This document shows, piece after piece, positions 8,734-17,178 of a stretch of 19,638 nt of DNA (position 1 is the first letter of the stretch; every line of letters starts with the position of its first letter). The position numbers were made by a program, and so were the translations under genes. The notes beneath the pieces are model-generated. The model saw only the letters and a program-made list of their open reading frames with translations, was not told the origin of the DNA and ran no database searches. This DNA is from an uncultured delta proteobacterium (GTDB taxonomy: Bacteria > Myxococcota > Myxococcia > Myxococcales > Myxococcaceae). The stretch lies in assembly GCA_963771175.1 (NCBI GenBank), contig CAVYSY010000017.1, positions 1 through 19,638 of the forward strand, in the 5' to 3' direction.

Positions 8734-10317
8734 GTGCGTTCTACATCCTGGATCATCCTGTTGTTGTGCGCGGGCTGCACCGCGCATGTGGCTCCTACCC
8801 TCCCCCCGTCGAAGGTGACGGCTCAGGCGTCGGAGGCCTCTGGCGCCGCCGCCCAGCCCGTTGCGACGCCGGCCTCCTCACAGGGGGGCGAAGCAGGCCC
8901 GGTGCCCGAGAAGGCTCCGGAGTCCGCCGTGGCCCAGGCCGCCGGCGCGGACGCCATCATCCCCGACGGAGTGGATGAGGAGGCGGCCGCCGCGGAGGAG
9001 GAGGACGACGACGACTCGACGGACTCCGCCGACGAGGGCGAGGCCCAGGAGGCCCCCCCCACCAGCGCCGTGCCCAACGGCCCTCTGTACACCGCCGAGC
9101 TGTCGGACGAGCAGCTCACCGAGCAGTGGAAGAAGGATCCGAAGACCCTCGGATCGATCTCGGTGGGGTTCGTCGAGAGCGGCCGGATGGTGAACTCGGT
9201 CCGCGTCCCCGAGAGTGAGGAGTGGATCGTGGTCTCGCCCGAGCTGGCCTGGGGCACCCAGGAGACGATCGACTACGTCACCCAGGCCATCCGCGAGGTG
9301 CGCGCGCAGTATCCGAAGGCGCCCCCGCTCCGGGTGAACCAGCTCAGCTCCCGTGACGGCGGCTACCTGCGGCCGCACAAGAGCCACCAGAACGGCCGGG
9401 ACGTGGACCTGGGCTTCTACTACCCGACCGCCGAGCCCATCCGCGTCCGCGAGCGCGAGCGCTACATCGACCTCGAGCTGAACTGGGCGCTCATCAAGTC
9501 GCTCGCCATGCACACCGACGTGCAGATGATCCTCGTGGACAAGCGCGTCATCAAGGTCCTGTACGAGCACGCGCTGCGCAAGGGCGAGAACAAGGAATGG
9601 CTGGACTCGCTCTTCAACGCCGGAGCGCAGTCCCTCGTCAAGCATGCGAAGCGCCACCGGGACCACTTCCACGTGCGGTTCTTCAACCCGCGTGCCCAGG
9701 AACTGGGCCGACGCATCGCCCCGCTGCTCGCGCTGCAGCCCGAAAAGAACATCGTCATGCACCGGGTGCGCTCGGGCAACACGCTCGGCGGCATCGCCCT
9801 GCGCTACGGCTCCACCATCAACGCCATCAAGAAGGCCAACCGGATGCGCGGCGTCTTCCTGAGCATCGGCCAGGTGCTCGCGGTCCCCCTGCGTGGCCCC
9901 TGCACCCGTTGCCCGGTTCCGCCGCCCGTGGTCGTTCCGCCGCGCCGGCTGCCGCCCGGGCTCGAGCAGGCGCCGGCCATGGCCACGCAGCAGGCCCCTG
10001 CCCCCGCGCAGCAGGCTCCCGCGGCCTCGGAGCAGCAGCCGGCCGTGGCCACCCAGCAGGAGCCCACCCCGGAGCAGCAAGCGCCCGTCGCCGAGCCGCG
10101 GCCGGCCGTGGCCGCCCAGCAGGCTCCAGCCGCTCCTGAGCAGCAGCCGGCCGTGGCCGCGCCGCAAGAGGACACGGGAGGCAGCGCGCCGGCGAGCGCC
10201 GACACCTCGACCGAGCCCCAGCAGCAGCAACCCGCCGTGCAGGGTTCGCCGGCGAGCACCCACACCTCGGCCGCTCTCACTCCGGTGAGGTCGGCGTCGG
10301 CGTCGGCATTGCGCTAA
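8734..10317 (+). CDS. Penicillin-insensitive murein endopeptidase (MepA-like) lipoprotein with LysM domain and Pro/Ala/Gln-rich tail
   Basis: Lipobox-like LLCAGC and an acidic linker precede the MepA Zn motifs HKSHQNGRDVD and HRDHFHVR. The LysM segment is HRVRSGNTLGGIALRYGSTINAIKKAN..LSIGQVLAVP. GTG start. Confidence 0.88.
   Translation: MRSTSWIILLLCAGCTAHVAPTLPPSKVTAQASEASGAAAQPVATPASSQGGEAGPVPEKAPESAVAQAAGADAIIPDGVDEEAAAAEEEDDDDSTDSADEGEAQEAPPTSAVPNGPLYTAELSDEQLTEQWKKDPKTLGSISVGFVESGRMVNSVRVPESEEWIVVSPELAWGTQETIDYVTQAIREVRAQYPKAPPLRVNQLSSRDGGYLRPHKSHQNGRDVDLGFYYPTAEPIRVRERERYIDLELNWALIKSLAMHTDVQMILVDKRVIKVLYEHALRKGENKEWLDSLFNAGAQSLVKHAKRHRDHFHVRFFNPRAQELGRRIAPLLALQPEKNIVMHRVRSGNTLGGIALRYGSTINAIKKANRMRGVFLSIGQVLAVPLRGPCTRCPVPPPVVVPPRRLPPGLEQAPAMATQQAPAPAQQAPAASEQQPAVATQQEPTPEQQAPVAEPRPAVAAQQAPAAPEQQPAVAAPQEDTGGSAPASADTSTEPQQQQPAVQGSPASTHTSAALTPVRSASASALR
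9973..10168 (+). repeat. Imperfect intragenic tandem repeat (PA[M/V]A[T/A]QQ...), four copies
   Basis: CCGGCC(A/G)TGGCC... units begin at 9973, 10039, 10102 and 10147, with periods of 66, 63 and 45 nt, all multiples of 3. Confidence 0.8.
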
Positions 10318-10340
10318 CGGGTCCGACAGTCGGACCCGTT
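10316..10340. repeat. Perfect 25-bp palindrome, REP-like element / possible terminator
   Basis: AACGGGTCCGAC-A-GTCGGACCCGTT overlaps the TAA stop of the MepA-LysM gene. Confidence 0.75.
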
Positions 10341-10489
10341 CGAGCCGTGCTCCTCCCGCGCGACAGGATGTTCGGCGGTCGATTCGCCTGAAGATGGCCG
10401 AAGAAGGCCACGAGCCAGGTATGGAAGCGGACGGAGGCTTCGCGCTTCCGGACACTACTGGCGCGTGCCCCCCAGCGAATCTTTGGGGA

Positions 10490-12350
10490 ATGGCACTCTC
10501 ATGGCGGGGTCTCGCGCTCGTTGCGGTGCTGCTGGGGGGAACGGGCGGACTGGGCGCGGAGCGACTGGGGAAGGAGGTCATGTATCGCTTCCTGGACGAG
10601 GGGACGCGGACGGACGCCGAGTACCTGCTCGCCAACCGCTGGCCGGTGACGCGCTTTCCGGCCGTCGAGTTGCCGCCCTCCCCTACGTGGACGGAGAACC
10701 CCTTCAACGAGAAGTTCTGGCGCTTCGAGTTCTACGGCCTCCGCCCCGTGCGCCACCTGGTGCGGGCCTGGGTCGACACCGGGGATGACCGCTACCGTGT
10801 CCGGCTCCTCCAGGTGATGGAGAGCTTCGTCGCGCACGGCCATGACTCCTCGTATGCGTGGGACAAACACACCACCGCCTTCCGGGGCATGTCCCTGGTC
10901 AACATCTACTTCAAGCTGAAGTCCCGCGGGGCGCTCCCTCCCGGGTTGGAGCAGGGCCTGCGCGACCGCATCCTCGAGGTCGGTCACTTCCTGCACAACC
11001 CCCGGAACTTCGAGGCCACCTACAACCATGGGCTCGCCCAGGCCGGGGCGCTGCTGCTCATCGCGGAGAACTTCCCGGATTCTGGCGGACTCCCCCTCCT
11101 GGCGCGCCACGGCCATCGCACGGCTGGACGGGATGCTCGCGCGGGTGCTCGACGAGGACGGGGTAGAGGTGGAGCAGTCGCCCTTCTACCACTTCTACTT
11201 CCTGACGGGCTTCTGGGACATCTACCGCTGGGCCCGCGAGCATGGCATCGCGCTCTCGCCCGAGGCGGACACCCGCATCCTCCAGATGCTCCACTACGCC
11301 GCGCACATCACTCTGCCCAACGGGGACATCCCGATGCTCGGGACGAGCGTGGCACGCAACATCCGCAAGTCCCAGGACACGCCCCGCTACGCGGAGATGG
11401 CCGAGTTGGATCCCGCCTTCAAATACGTGCTGCGGGCCGGCAAGGAAGGCTCGCCGCCGTTGGAGACGCGGCGGCTCTTCCCCTCCTCGGGGCAGGCGGT
11501 GCTGCGCTCGGGCTTCGGCACGGCGGCGGACTTCCTCCAGCAGACGCATGTGATTTTCGACGTGGGCCCGTACCGCACGAGCCACAGCCACCTGGACGCG
11601 CTCGCGTTGCAGCTCTACTCGGCGGGCCGGACGCTGTTGCCGGACTCGGGCCACTTCACCCCCGAGCCCGGGCCCGACTTCGACTATTTCAACAGCACCC
11701 GCGCCCACAACACCGTGCTGGTGGATGACCGGGATCAGCCCAAGGGCACGGCCCGCGCCGGACTGTCCACGGGGCAAGGGGGTTGGGCCTACCAATCGGG
11801 CGTGCACGAGCTCTACGAGGGCGTCCAGCACCGGCGCGCGGTGTTGCTGCTGCGCGGAGATCTGGTGCTCGTCGTGGATGACCTGACCAGCGCTACCCCG
11901 CACGTCTACGAGCAGATCTGGCACCTCTTCCCCCAAGCCGAGCTGCGAGTGGAGGGCCTGCGGGTAACGGCCCTCGACTCCGGCTCGGGCCGGGCGATGC
12001 TCACCCTGCACCAGTTGATGCCCACTCCTGGTCTCGGCCTTCGCTGGCGCAAGGGGAGCACCGCGCCCCTGGATGGGTGGTACTCCGCGAAGTTCGAGCT
12101 CAAGGTTCCCAATTACGCGCTGCGCTACCGGCGCAAGACAGCGCGGGCGCTGTACGTCACCCTGCTGGCCTCGGGCGAGCTGGCCGGCGTGCCCTTGCAA
12201 GGTGAGGCAAAGGGGAGCACCCGGAGGATGGAGACCACGGTGTGCCTGCCCTCGGGGGCGGGCTATCGCGTCCTCATCAACAATCTGACCGGGCCTGGGG
12301 AGCGTGTCACCGTGAAGGAGCTGCGCGACTCCTGCCAGGTGCCTCGGTAG
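10490..12350 (+). CDS. Heparinase II/III-family polysaccharide lyase, split by an apparent +1 frameshift at ~11080 (assembly error or pseudogene)
   Basis: The signal peptide reads MALSWRGLALVAVLL. The first frame carries the helical-domain motif YNHGLAQAGALL. The second frame carries EQSPFYH, HSHLDALALQLY..LLPDSG, STRAHNTVLVD and HRRAVL..VVDDL. Removing one T from GATTCTG joins the two ORFs into about 619 aa. Confidence 0.85.
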
Positions 12351-12373
12351 GTTTCGTCCGGAGCCAGGCGAAG

Positions 12374-12429
12374 CGGCAGAAATTGCGGGGGCTCGATGGA
12401 GGGCGCGTGGCCCGCGCAAGTCTTGCGCG
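12374..12429 (+). promoter_or_regulatory. Tandem palindromic activator-type sites (GCGCA-N5-TGCGC and a degenerate copy)
   Basis: CGCGCAAG-T-CTTGCGCG (12413-12429) is a perfect inverted repeat. CGGCA-GAAAT-TGCGG (12374-12388) lies 40 bp upstream. Confidence 0.55.
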
Positions 12430-12461
12430 TCCACTCCCCGATGGACGGGGAAGCCGGTGGC

Positions 12462-12477
12462 TGGCACGGAGCGTGAA
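12462..12477 (+). promoter_or_regulatory. Putative sigma54 (-24/-12) promoter of the USP gene
   Basis: TGGCACG-GAGC-GTGAA has a perfect -24 box and a non-canonical -12 box (GA instead of GC). It lies about 35 nt before ATG 12511. Confidence 0.45.
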
Positions 12478-12510
12478 GTTCTCACCCGGTACTTCGAACC
12501 GGGGTGCGCA

Positions 12511-12936
12511 ATGAAGAAAATCCTCGTGGGTGTGGATGGCTCCGACCCATCGCTTCACGCGATCCGCAAGGCAGCCGAACTGGCCTCCTTGGCGAACGCG
12601 CGGCTCGTGCTCGTATACGCGTTGGCGCCGATGACACACCTGGCGGAGGTTTACACCGGACCCATCGCCGATCTGGAGGAGGCCGACCGGAAGAACGGTG
12701 AGAACATCCTGCGCGATGCGGCCAGGGTGGCGCGCGAGCTCGGCTGCCAGCCCGAGGCGCTGCTGCTGCAGGGCGCTCCCGCGGTGGCGCTCGCGGATCA
12801 GGCCGCGAACGACAGGGAGGTCGACATGGTGGTGGTGGGTAGCCGAGGGCTCGGCGCGGTGGCCAGCGCCATCCTGGGCAGCGTGACGGACCGGCTCGTG
12901 CGCGTCTGCAAGAAGCCGGTGCTCGTCGTGCACTGA
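12511..12936 (+). CDS. Universal stress protein (UspA family)
   Basis: USP motifs MKKILVGVDGSDPS, DMVVVGSRGLG and ILGSVTDRLVR..KPVLVV are present. Confidence 0.95.
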   Translation: MKKILVGVDGSDPSLHAIRKAAELASLANARLVLVYALAPMTHLAEVYTGPIADLEEADRKNGENILRDAARVARELGCQPEALLLQGAPAVALADQAANDREVDMVVVGSRGLGAVASAILGSVTDRLVRVCKKPVLVVH

Positions 12937-13036
12937 GGCTCGGAGAGAGGCAAGCGATTTCCCAGCCCCCTGAGGCAATAGGCCGAAGGTCTGCCCCTCC
13001 CCCATCTTGTCCTGCAGTCAATCAGGGAGGTGGGGA

Positions 13037-14584
13037 ATGCAGATATGGAGAGCTGTTGCATTGTCTTGCGCATTGCTCGTGGGTTGTGGCGGACCGCTCC
13101 CGGAAGCGGAGGTCTCCCCGCCGGAGACCGAGGAGGGTGAGGCCGCGGCGCTGAGGAAGAACGACCGCCCGACGTTGGGGCGGGCGCGACTCGTCAAGGA
13201 CATCTTCCCGGACGCGACTTTCAGGGGAGCCGAACCGCAGAACCTGGTGAGCTTCCGCGGGAAGCTCTACTTCGCCGCCAACCGCGAGGATGGGCGGATG
13301 GAGCTGTGGAAGAGCAACGGCACCGAGGCCGGCACCGTCGTGGTGGTGGAGTTTCCGCCGGTGCTCCGTCCCGGGGGTGGTTTCGAATTCCTATCCAATC
13401 TGACTCCCGTGGGGCGCCAGCTCTTCTTCACGGTAGCGGACGAGGCCCACGGCAACGAGCTCTGGGTCAGCGACGGGACGCGCGGGGGGACGCGGCTGGT
13501 GGAGGACCTCACGCCAGGGCCCGAGGGCTCGGCACCGCACACCCTCGTGGCGGTGGGGAAGACCTTGTTCTTCTTCCGCACGGTCGGAGAGGATTCCTCG
13601 TCGCCTGGGAGGACCGAGCTGTGGACGTCCGACGGCACCGAGGAAGGGACGGTGCGGGTACGGGACTTCGGGCCGGGGACCACCGCGAGAATCGACAGGG
13701 CGATCGCGCGGGGCGATACGCTCTTCTTCTTCCTCGCGGACTCGGATGGAGAGTTCGAGCTGTGGAAGTCGGACGGCTCCGGGGCGGGCACGATGCGGTT
13801 GAGGACCTTCGACCCGGCTCCCCTGGGCAACGCTCCGAACTCCCTGCGGGTCGCGGGACGCCTCGTCTATTTCATCGCCGACGAGTCGACCCACGGGAAC
13901 GAGCTGTGGAGGACGGACGGCACCGTGGCCGGCACGGAGCTCGTCGAGGACCTCACGCCCGGCCCCGCCAGCACCTTCCTGCAACTCCAGGATGTGGCTC
14001 GCGATCACCTGTTCTTCACGACCGGTGACCCGGCCGGGGCGGCGTTGCGTCTGTACAAGCTGAAGGTGGGCGGCTCCAGCCGTTGCGATCCGAAGCTCGT
14101 CACGACCCTTCCCAATCCCTTCGCCGGTACGCCGGAGGTCTCCTCCTTCGTCACCGCCTTCGCCACCACGGGGAGGAAGCTCTTCTTCTCCCTGGCCTTC
14201 TTCGGCTCTGGCCCCGCACCGATCGAGCACCAGCTCTGGGTGACCGACGGCACGAAGTCCGGGACGAAGCTGCTGCACCGGCCCTTGAGCCGCTCGGATG
14301 AGTTCACGACGGAGCTCTTCCCCGTGGGCGACCTCCTCCTCTTCCCCGCCAATGACGCGGATGAGGAGATGGGCACGGAGCTGTGGGTGAGCGACGGGAC
14401 GGTGAAGGGCACACGGCTGCTGCAAGACATCAGCCCGGGGATCTTCCCCTCGAACCCGCATGCCTTCACCCGCGTGGGTGATTGCGTCTTCTTCATCGCC
14501 TTCCGCGAGGATGTGGGCGAGGCATTGTGGGTCCTTCCCCTGCGGCGCTCGAGCCACGCCTCGGTGGTGGGGGTCGAGCGCTGA
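13037..14584 (+). CDS. ELWxxDGT-repeat lipoprotein (probable beta-propeller surface protein)
   Basis: GGAGG RBS at 13026-13030 and lipobox LLVGC. There are about seven repeats: ELWKSNGT, ELWVSDGT, ELWTSDGT, ELWKSDGS, ELWRTDGT, QLWVTDGT and ELWVSDGT. Confidence 0.93.
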   Translation: MQIWRAVALSCALLVGCGGPLPEAEVSPPETEEGEAAALRKNDRPTLGRARLVKDIFPDATFRGAEPQNLVSFRGKLYFAANREDGRMELWKSNGTEAGTVVVVEFPPVLRPGGGFEFLSNLTPVGRQLFFTVADEAHGNELWVSDGTRGGTRLVEDLTPGPEGSAPHTLVAVGKTLFFFRTVGEDSSSPGRTELWTSDGTEEGTVRVRDFGPGTTARIDRAIARGDTLFFFLADSDGEFELWKSDGSGAGTMRLRTFDPAPLGNAPNSLRVAGRLVYFIADESTHGNELWRTDGTVAGTELVEDLTPGPASTFLQLQDVARDHLFFTTGDPAGAALRLYKLKVGGSSRCDPKLVTTLPNPFAGTPEVSSFVTAFATTGRKLFFSLAFFGSGPAPIEHQLWVTDGTKSGTKLLHRPLSRSDEFTTELFPVGDLLLFPANDADEEMGTELWVSDGTVKGTRLLQDISPGIFPSNPHAFTRVGDCVFFIAFREDVGEALWVLPLRRSSHASVVGVER

Positions 14585-14603
14585 TTCAAGGGAACCGGTG
14601 AAG

Positions 14604-14643
14604 GCACGGGGGGGGCGGTTCACGTCGCTGGCCCCTCCCGTGC
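14604..14643 (+). terminator. GC-rich hairpin, possible terminator of the ELWxxDGT gene
   Basis: GCACGGGGGGGGC / GCCCCTCCCGTGC forms 13 bp with one G-U pair, 20 nt after the stop. No U-tract. Confidence 0.45.
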
Positions 14644-14727
14644 TGAACCAACGTGAAGAACGTCTCGCCATGTCACCCCCGCCCGGTACACTCCATGGGT
14701 AGTGACGCTCCTCTCCGGAACACGCTC

Positions 14728-15363
14728 ATGACCGTCGCACAGACCGCCAAGACCTACCTCGCCCGCCTTCACGAGAACTATCCGGGGGCTCGCTATGAGC
14801 TCAACTGGACGACCCCGTTCGAGCTGCTCGTCGCCACCATCCTGGCCGCGCAATGCACCGACGAGCGCGTCAACCGGGTGACCGCGACCCTCTTCCAGAA
14901 GTACCGCGGCCCCCAGGCCTTCGCCGATGCCGATACCGCCGAGCTCGAGGAGGACCTCAAGCCCACCGGCTTCTACAAGCAGAAGACGAAGTCGGTGCAG
15001 GCCATGAGCCGCGCGCTGCTCGAGAAGTTCGGCGGCGAGGTGCCCAGGACGATCGAGGAGCTCATCACCCTCCCCGGCGTGGCTCGCAAGACGGCGAACG
15101 TCGTCCTCAACACCGCGTTCAACCTCGCCTCGGGCATCATCGTGGACACCCACGTGGCCCGCGTCAGCCAGCGCATGGGTCTGACGAAGAAGGACAAGCC
15201 CGAGGAGATCGAGAAGGACCTGATGAAGCTCGTCCCCCAGGCCGAGTGGACCTTCTTCGGGCCCGCGACCGTGCTGCACGGCCGCTACATCTGCACGGCT
15301 CGCAAGCCCAAGTGCGACGCCTGCCCCATGAACGACATCTGCCCGAAGATCGGCGTGGAGTAG
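14728..15363 (+). CDS. nth: Endonuclease III (HhH-GPD DNA glycosylase with 4Fe-4S loop)
   Basis: Motifs PFELLVATILAAQCTDERVN, LPGVARKTANVVL (HhH Lys), IVDTHV (Asp) and C.ARKPKCDACPMNDIC are present. The start is uncertain (alternative ATG 14695). Confidence 0.95.
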   Translation: MTVAQTAKTYLARLHENYPGARYELNWTTPFELLVATILAAQCTDERVNRVTATLFQKYRGPQAFADADTAELEEDLKPTGFYKQKTKSVQAMSRALLEKFGGEVPRTIEELITLPGVARKTANVVLNTAFNLASGIIVDTHVARVSQRMGLTKKDKPEEIEKDLMKLVPQAEWTFFGPATVLHGRYICTARKPKCDACPMNDICPKIGVE

Positions 15364-15385
15364 GCTCCCCCACCCCGCGCGGTGT

Positions 15386-16093
15386 TCATCTGGCGGCGCG
15401 GGCCACCTGGGCGAAGTGGTGGGCGAGTCGCTCGAGGAGCTCGCGGCACTCGGGCTCCGCCGCGCGCAGCTTGGGGAGCTGGGAGCGCAGCTCGTCCAGG
15501 TTCTTCTCGTACAGCTCGACGAGCTCCTCGGCTCCGTGGGTGAACCAGCGATCCAGCTCGTCGGCGGTGAGCTCGATGTGGAACTGGAGCCCATACGAGT
15601 TGCCGAGCCGGAAGGCCTGCTGCGCGTAGCGATCCGTCGAGGCCAGCAGCGTGGCGCCGGGCACGGGCTTGAAGGTGTCCTGGTGCCAGTGCGCCACGGT
15701 GGTGCGCGGGCGCACGCCGGCGATGACCGGATCGGCGAGCCCCTCCTTCGTCCAGCGCACGGGCGCCACGCCGACCTCGAGCCCGTTCTTCCCAACGAAA
15801 ACCTCGGAGCCGGCCGCGGCCGCCAGGAGCTGCGCGCCCAGGCAGATGCCGAGCACGGGGCGCCCGAGCGCGAGCCGCTCGATCAACAGCGCCAGCTCCT
15901 CGCCGAGGAAGGGGTGACGGTCCACCTCGTAGACGCCCATGGGCCCGCCGAGCACCACCACGAGCTCCGCGTCCAGGTCCTCGCGCTTGACGGTGCGGAA
16001 GCGCTTCACCAGCGTGAAGCCCGCCGCCTCCAAGGCGGGGCCGAGCAACCCCGGGCCCTCGTGCTCCTCGTGCTGAAACACCACCGCGCGCAT
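15386..16093 (-). CDS. Stand-alone type 1 glutamine amidotransferase-like protein
   Basis: Motifs QHEEHEGPG, VVLGGPMGVYE, LGICLGAQLLA (catalytic Cys), HWHQD and GLQFHIE (His-Glu) are present. GGAGG RBS upstream. Confidence 0.93.
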   Translation of the reverse strand: MRAVVFQHEEHEGPGLLGPALEAAGFTLVKRFRTVKREDLDAELVVVLGGPMGVYEVDRHPFLGEELALLIERLALGRPVLGICLGAQLLAAAAGSEVFVGKNGLEVGVAPVRWTKEGLADPVIAGVRPRTTVAHWHQDTFKPVPGATLLASTDRYAQQAFRLGNSYGLQFHIELTADELDRWFTHGAEELVELYEKNLDELRSQLPKLRAAEPECRELLERLAHHFAQVARAAR

Positions 16094-16188
16094 GGCTCCT
16101 CCCGGGCAGCGAGTTCGCGATAGCCTACTACCCCACGAGCTGGGAGTGTCTCGCGCCAGGAGGTCCGGATGCGCTATGACGACCGGCC

Positions 16189-17070
16189 ATGGATATGGCC
16201 CAGTGCCCGAATCACCCCGACCAGCCCGCCCTCCTCACCTGCGCGCGCTGTGGAACGTTCGCCTGCGAGGCGTGCCGGAGCCCGGCGAATGCCACCCTGT
16301 GCGTCACCTGCGGGGGTCGCTTCGCCCCGGCCGCCCTCGATGTCGGGCAGATCCTTCAGGGCTCCTTCGGCGTGCTCTTGCGGCATCCCCAGGCGGTCGC
16401 GGCCTTCGGCGCGGGACAGATCGTCTTCGGCCTGGCGACGCTCCCCCTCACCCTCACCATGAACTCCCTGCAGCAGCCCGGGACCAACCCCCTGGCCGCC
16501 CTGGGCACGGTGCTCCCCGCGATGTTCGGCTTCATGCTCGCCAGCATCGTCTACTCGGCCGTGGCCCACTCCATCTTCATCCGCTTCCTCGGTGACGCGC
16601 TGGAGGGACGCGAGCGGACGCCCGGGGAGATCGTGCGCGAGGGACTCGGGCGGGCGCTGCCCCTGTTCGCGCTGAACCTCGTCCTCGGCCTCGCCCTGGG
16701 CATTGGCTTCATGATGTGCATCGTGCCGGGCGTCTTCCTGGCGACGACGTTGATGCTCGCGACTCCGGCGGTGGTGCTGCAGCCGGCGGGCCCGATCGAG
16801 GCGCTCTCCCTCTCCTGGGATCGCACCGAGGGTCACCGCTGGGGCGTCCTCCTCGTGCTGGTCGTCGGCTTCGGGATCCTCATGGGCATCGGAATGGTCA
16901 GTGGTCTGGGCTCGCTCGTGCTGCGGCCACTGGGGACGACGGGCACGGTGGTCGGTACGATCATCAACCAGGGCCTCAGCGCACTGGGCGGCGCCCTCTT
17001 CCATGCGATCCTCGTCCTCAGCTACCTGCGGCTGTCCGGGAAGTGGATGCCGGGCGGTGAGGCCCGCTGA
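16189..17070 (+). CDS. Multi-pass membrane protein with N-terminal Cys/His zinc-finger (B-box-like)
   Basis: C-x2-H-x8-C-x2-C-x4-C-x2-C-x8-C-x2-C is followed by about six hydrophobic segments, including C/L-IVPG and ALSLSWDRTEGHRW motifs typical of this uncharacterised membrane family. Alternative start 16195. Confidence 0.8.
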   Translation: MDMAQCPNHPDQPALLTCARCGTFACEACRSPANATLCVTCGGRFAPAALDVGQILQGSFGVLLRHPQAVAAFGAGQIVFGLATLPLTLTMNSLQQPGTNPLAALGTVLPAMFGFMLASIVYSAVAHSIFIRFLGDALEGRERTPGEIVREGLGRALPLFALNLVLGLALGIGFMMCIVPGVFLATTLMLATPAVVLQPAGPIEALSLSWDRTEGHRWGVLLVLVVGFGILMGIGMVSGLGSLVLRPLGTTGTVVGTIINQGLSALGGALFHAILVLSYLRLSGKWMPGGEAR

Positions 17071-17075
17071 GCCTC

Positions 17076-17098
17076 GAGGGGGGTGCTGAACCCCCCTC
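17076..17098 (+). terminator. Hairpin after the membrane-protein gene
   Basis: GAGGGGGGT-GCTGA-ACCCCCCTC, a 9-bp perfect stem 5 nt after the TGA. Confidence 0.5.
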
Positions 17099-17115
17099 CA
17101 CAATTCCTGCACAAT
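17097..17115 (+). promoter_or_regulatory. 11-bp-period direct repeat resembling the CreB 'cre-tag' (OmpR/PhoB-type site)
   Basis: TCCAC-AATTCC-TGCAC-AAT, with CACAAT at 17099 and 17110. It lies about 65 nt upstream of a creD-like gene. Confidence 0.5.
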
Positions 17116-17178
17116 CATTCCTCGGGAGGTGCACGGGGCCTTCATTCGCGTTGCAACCCCGCGCGCCATCCTGGGGAC

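Noticed and set aside
9973..10168. CRISPR-like repeat array
   Set aside because: The repeats are degenerate, in-frame and within coding sequence, with variable period and no cas genes.
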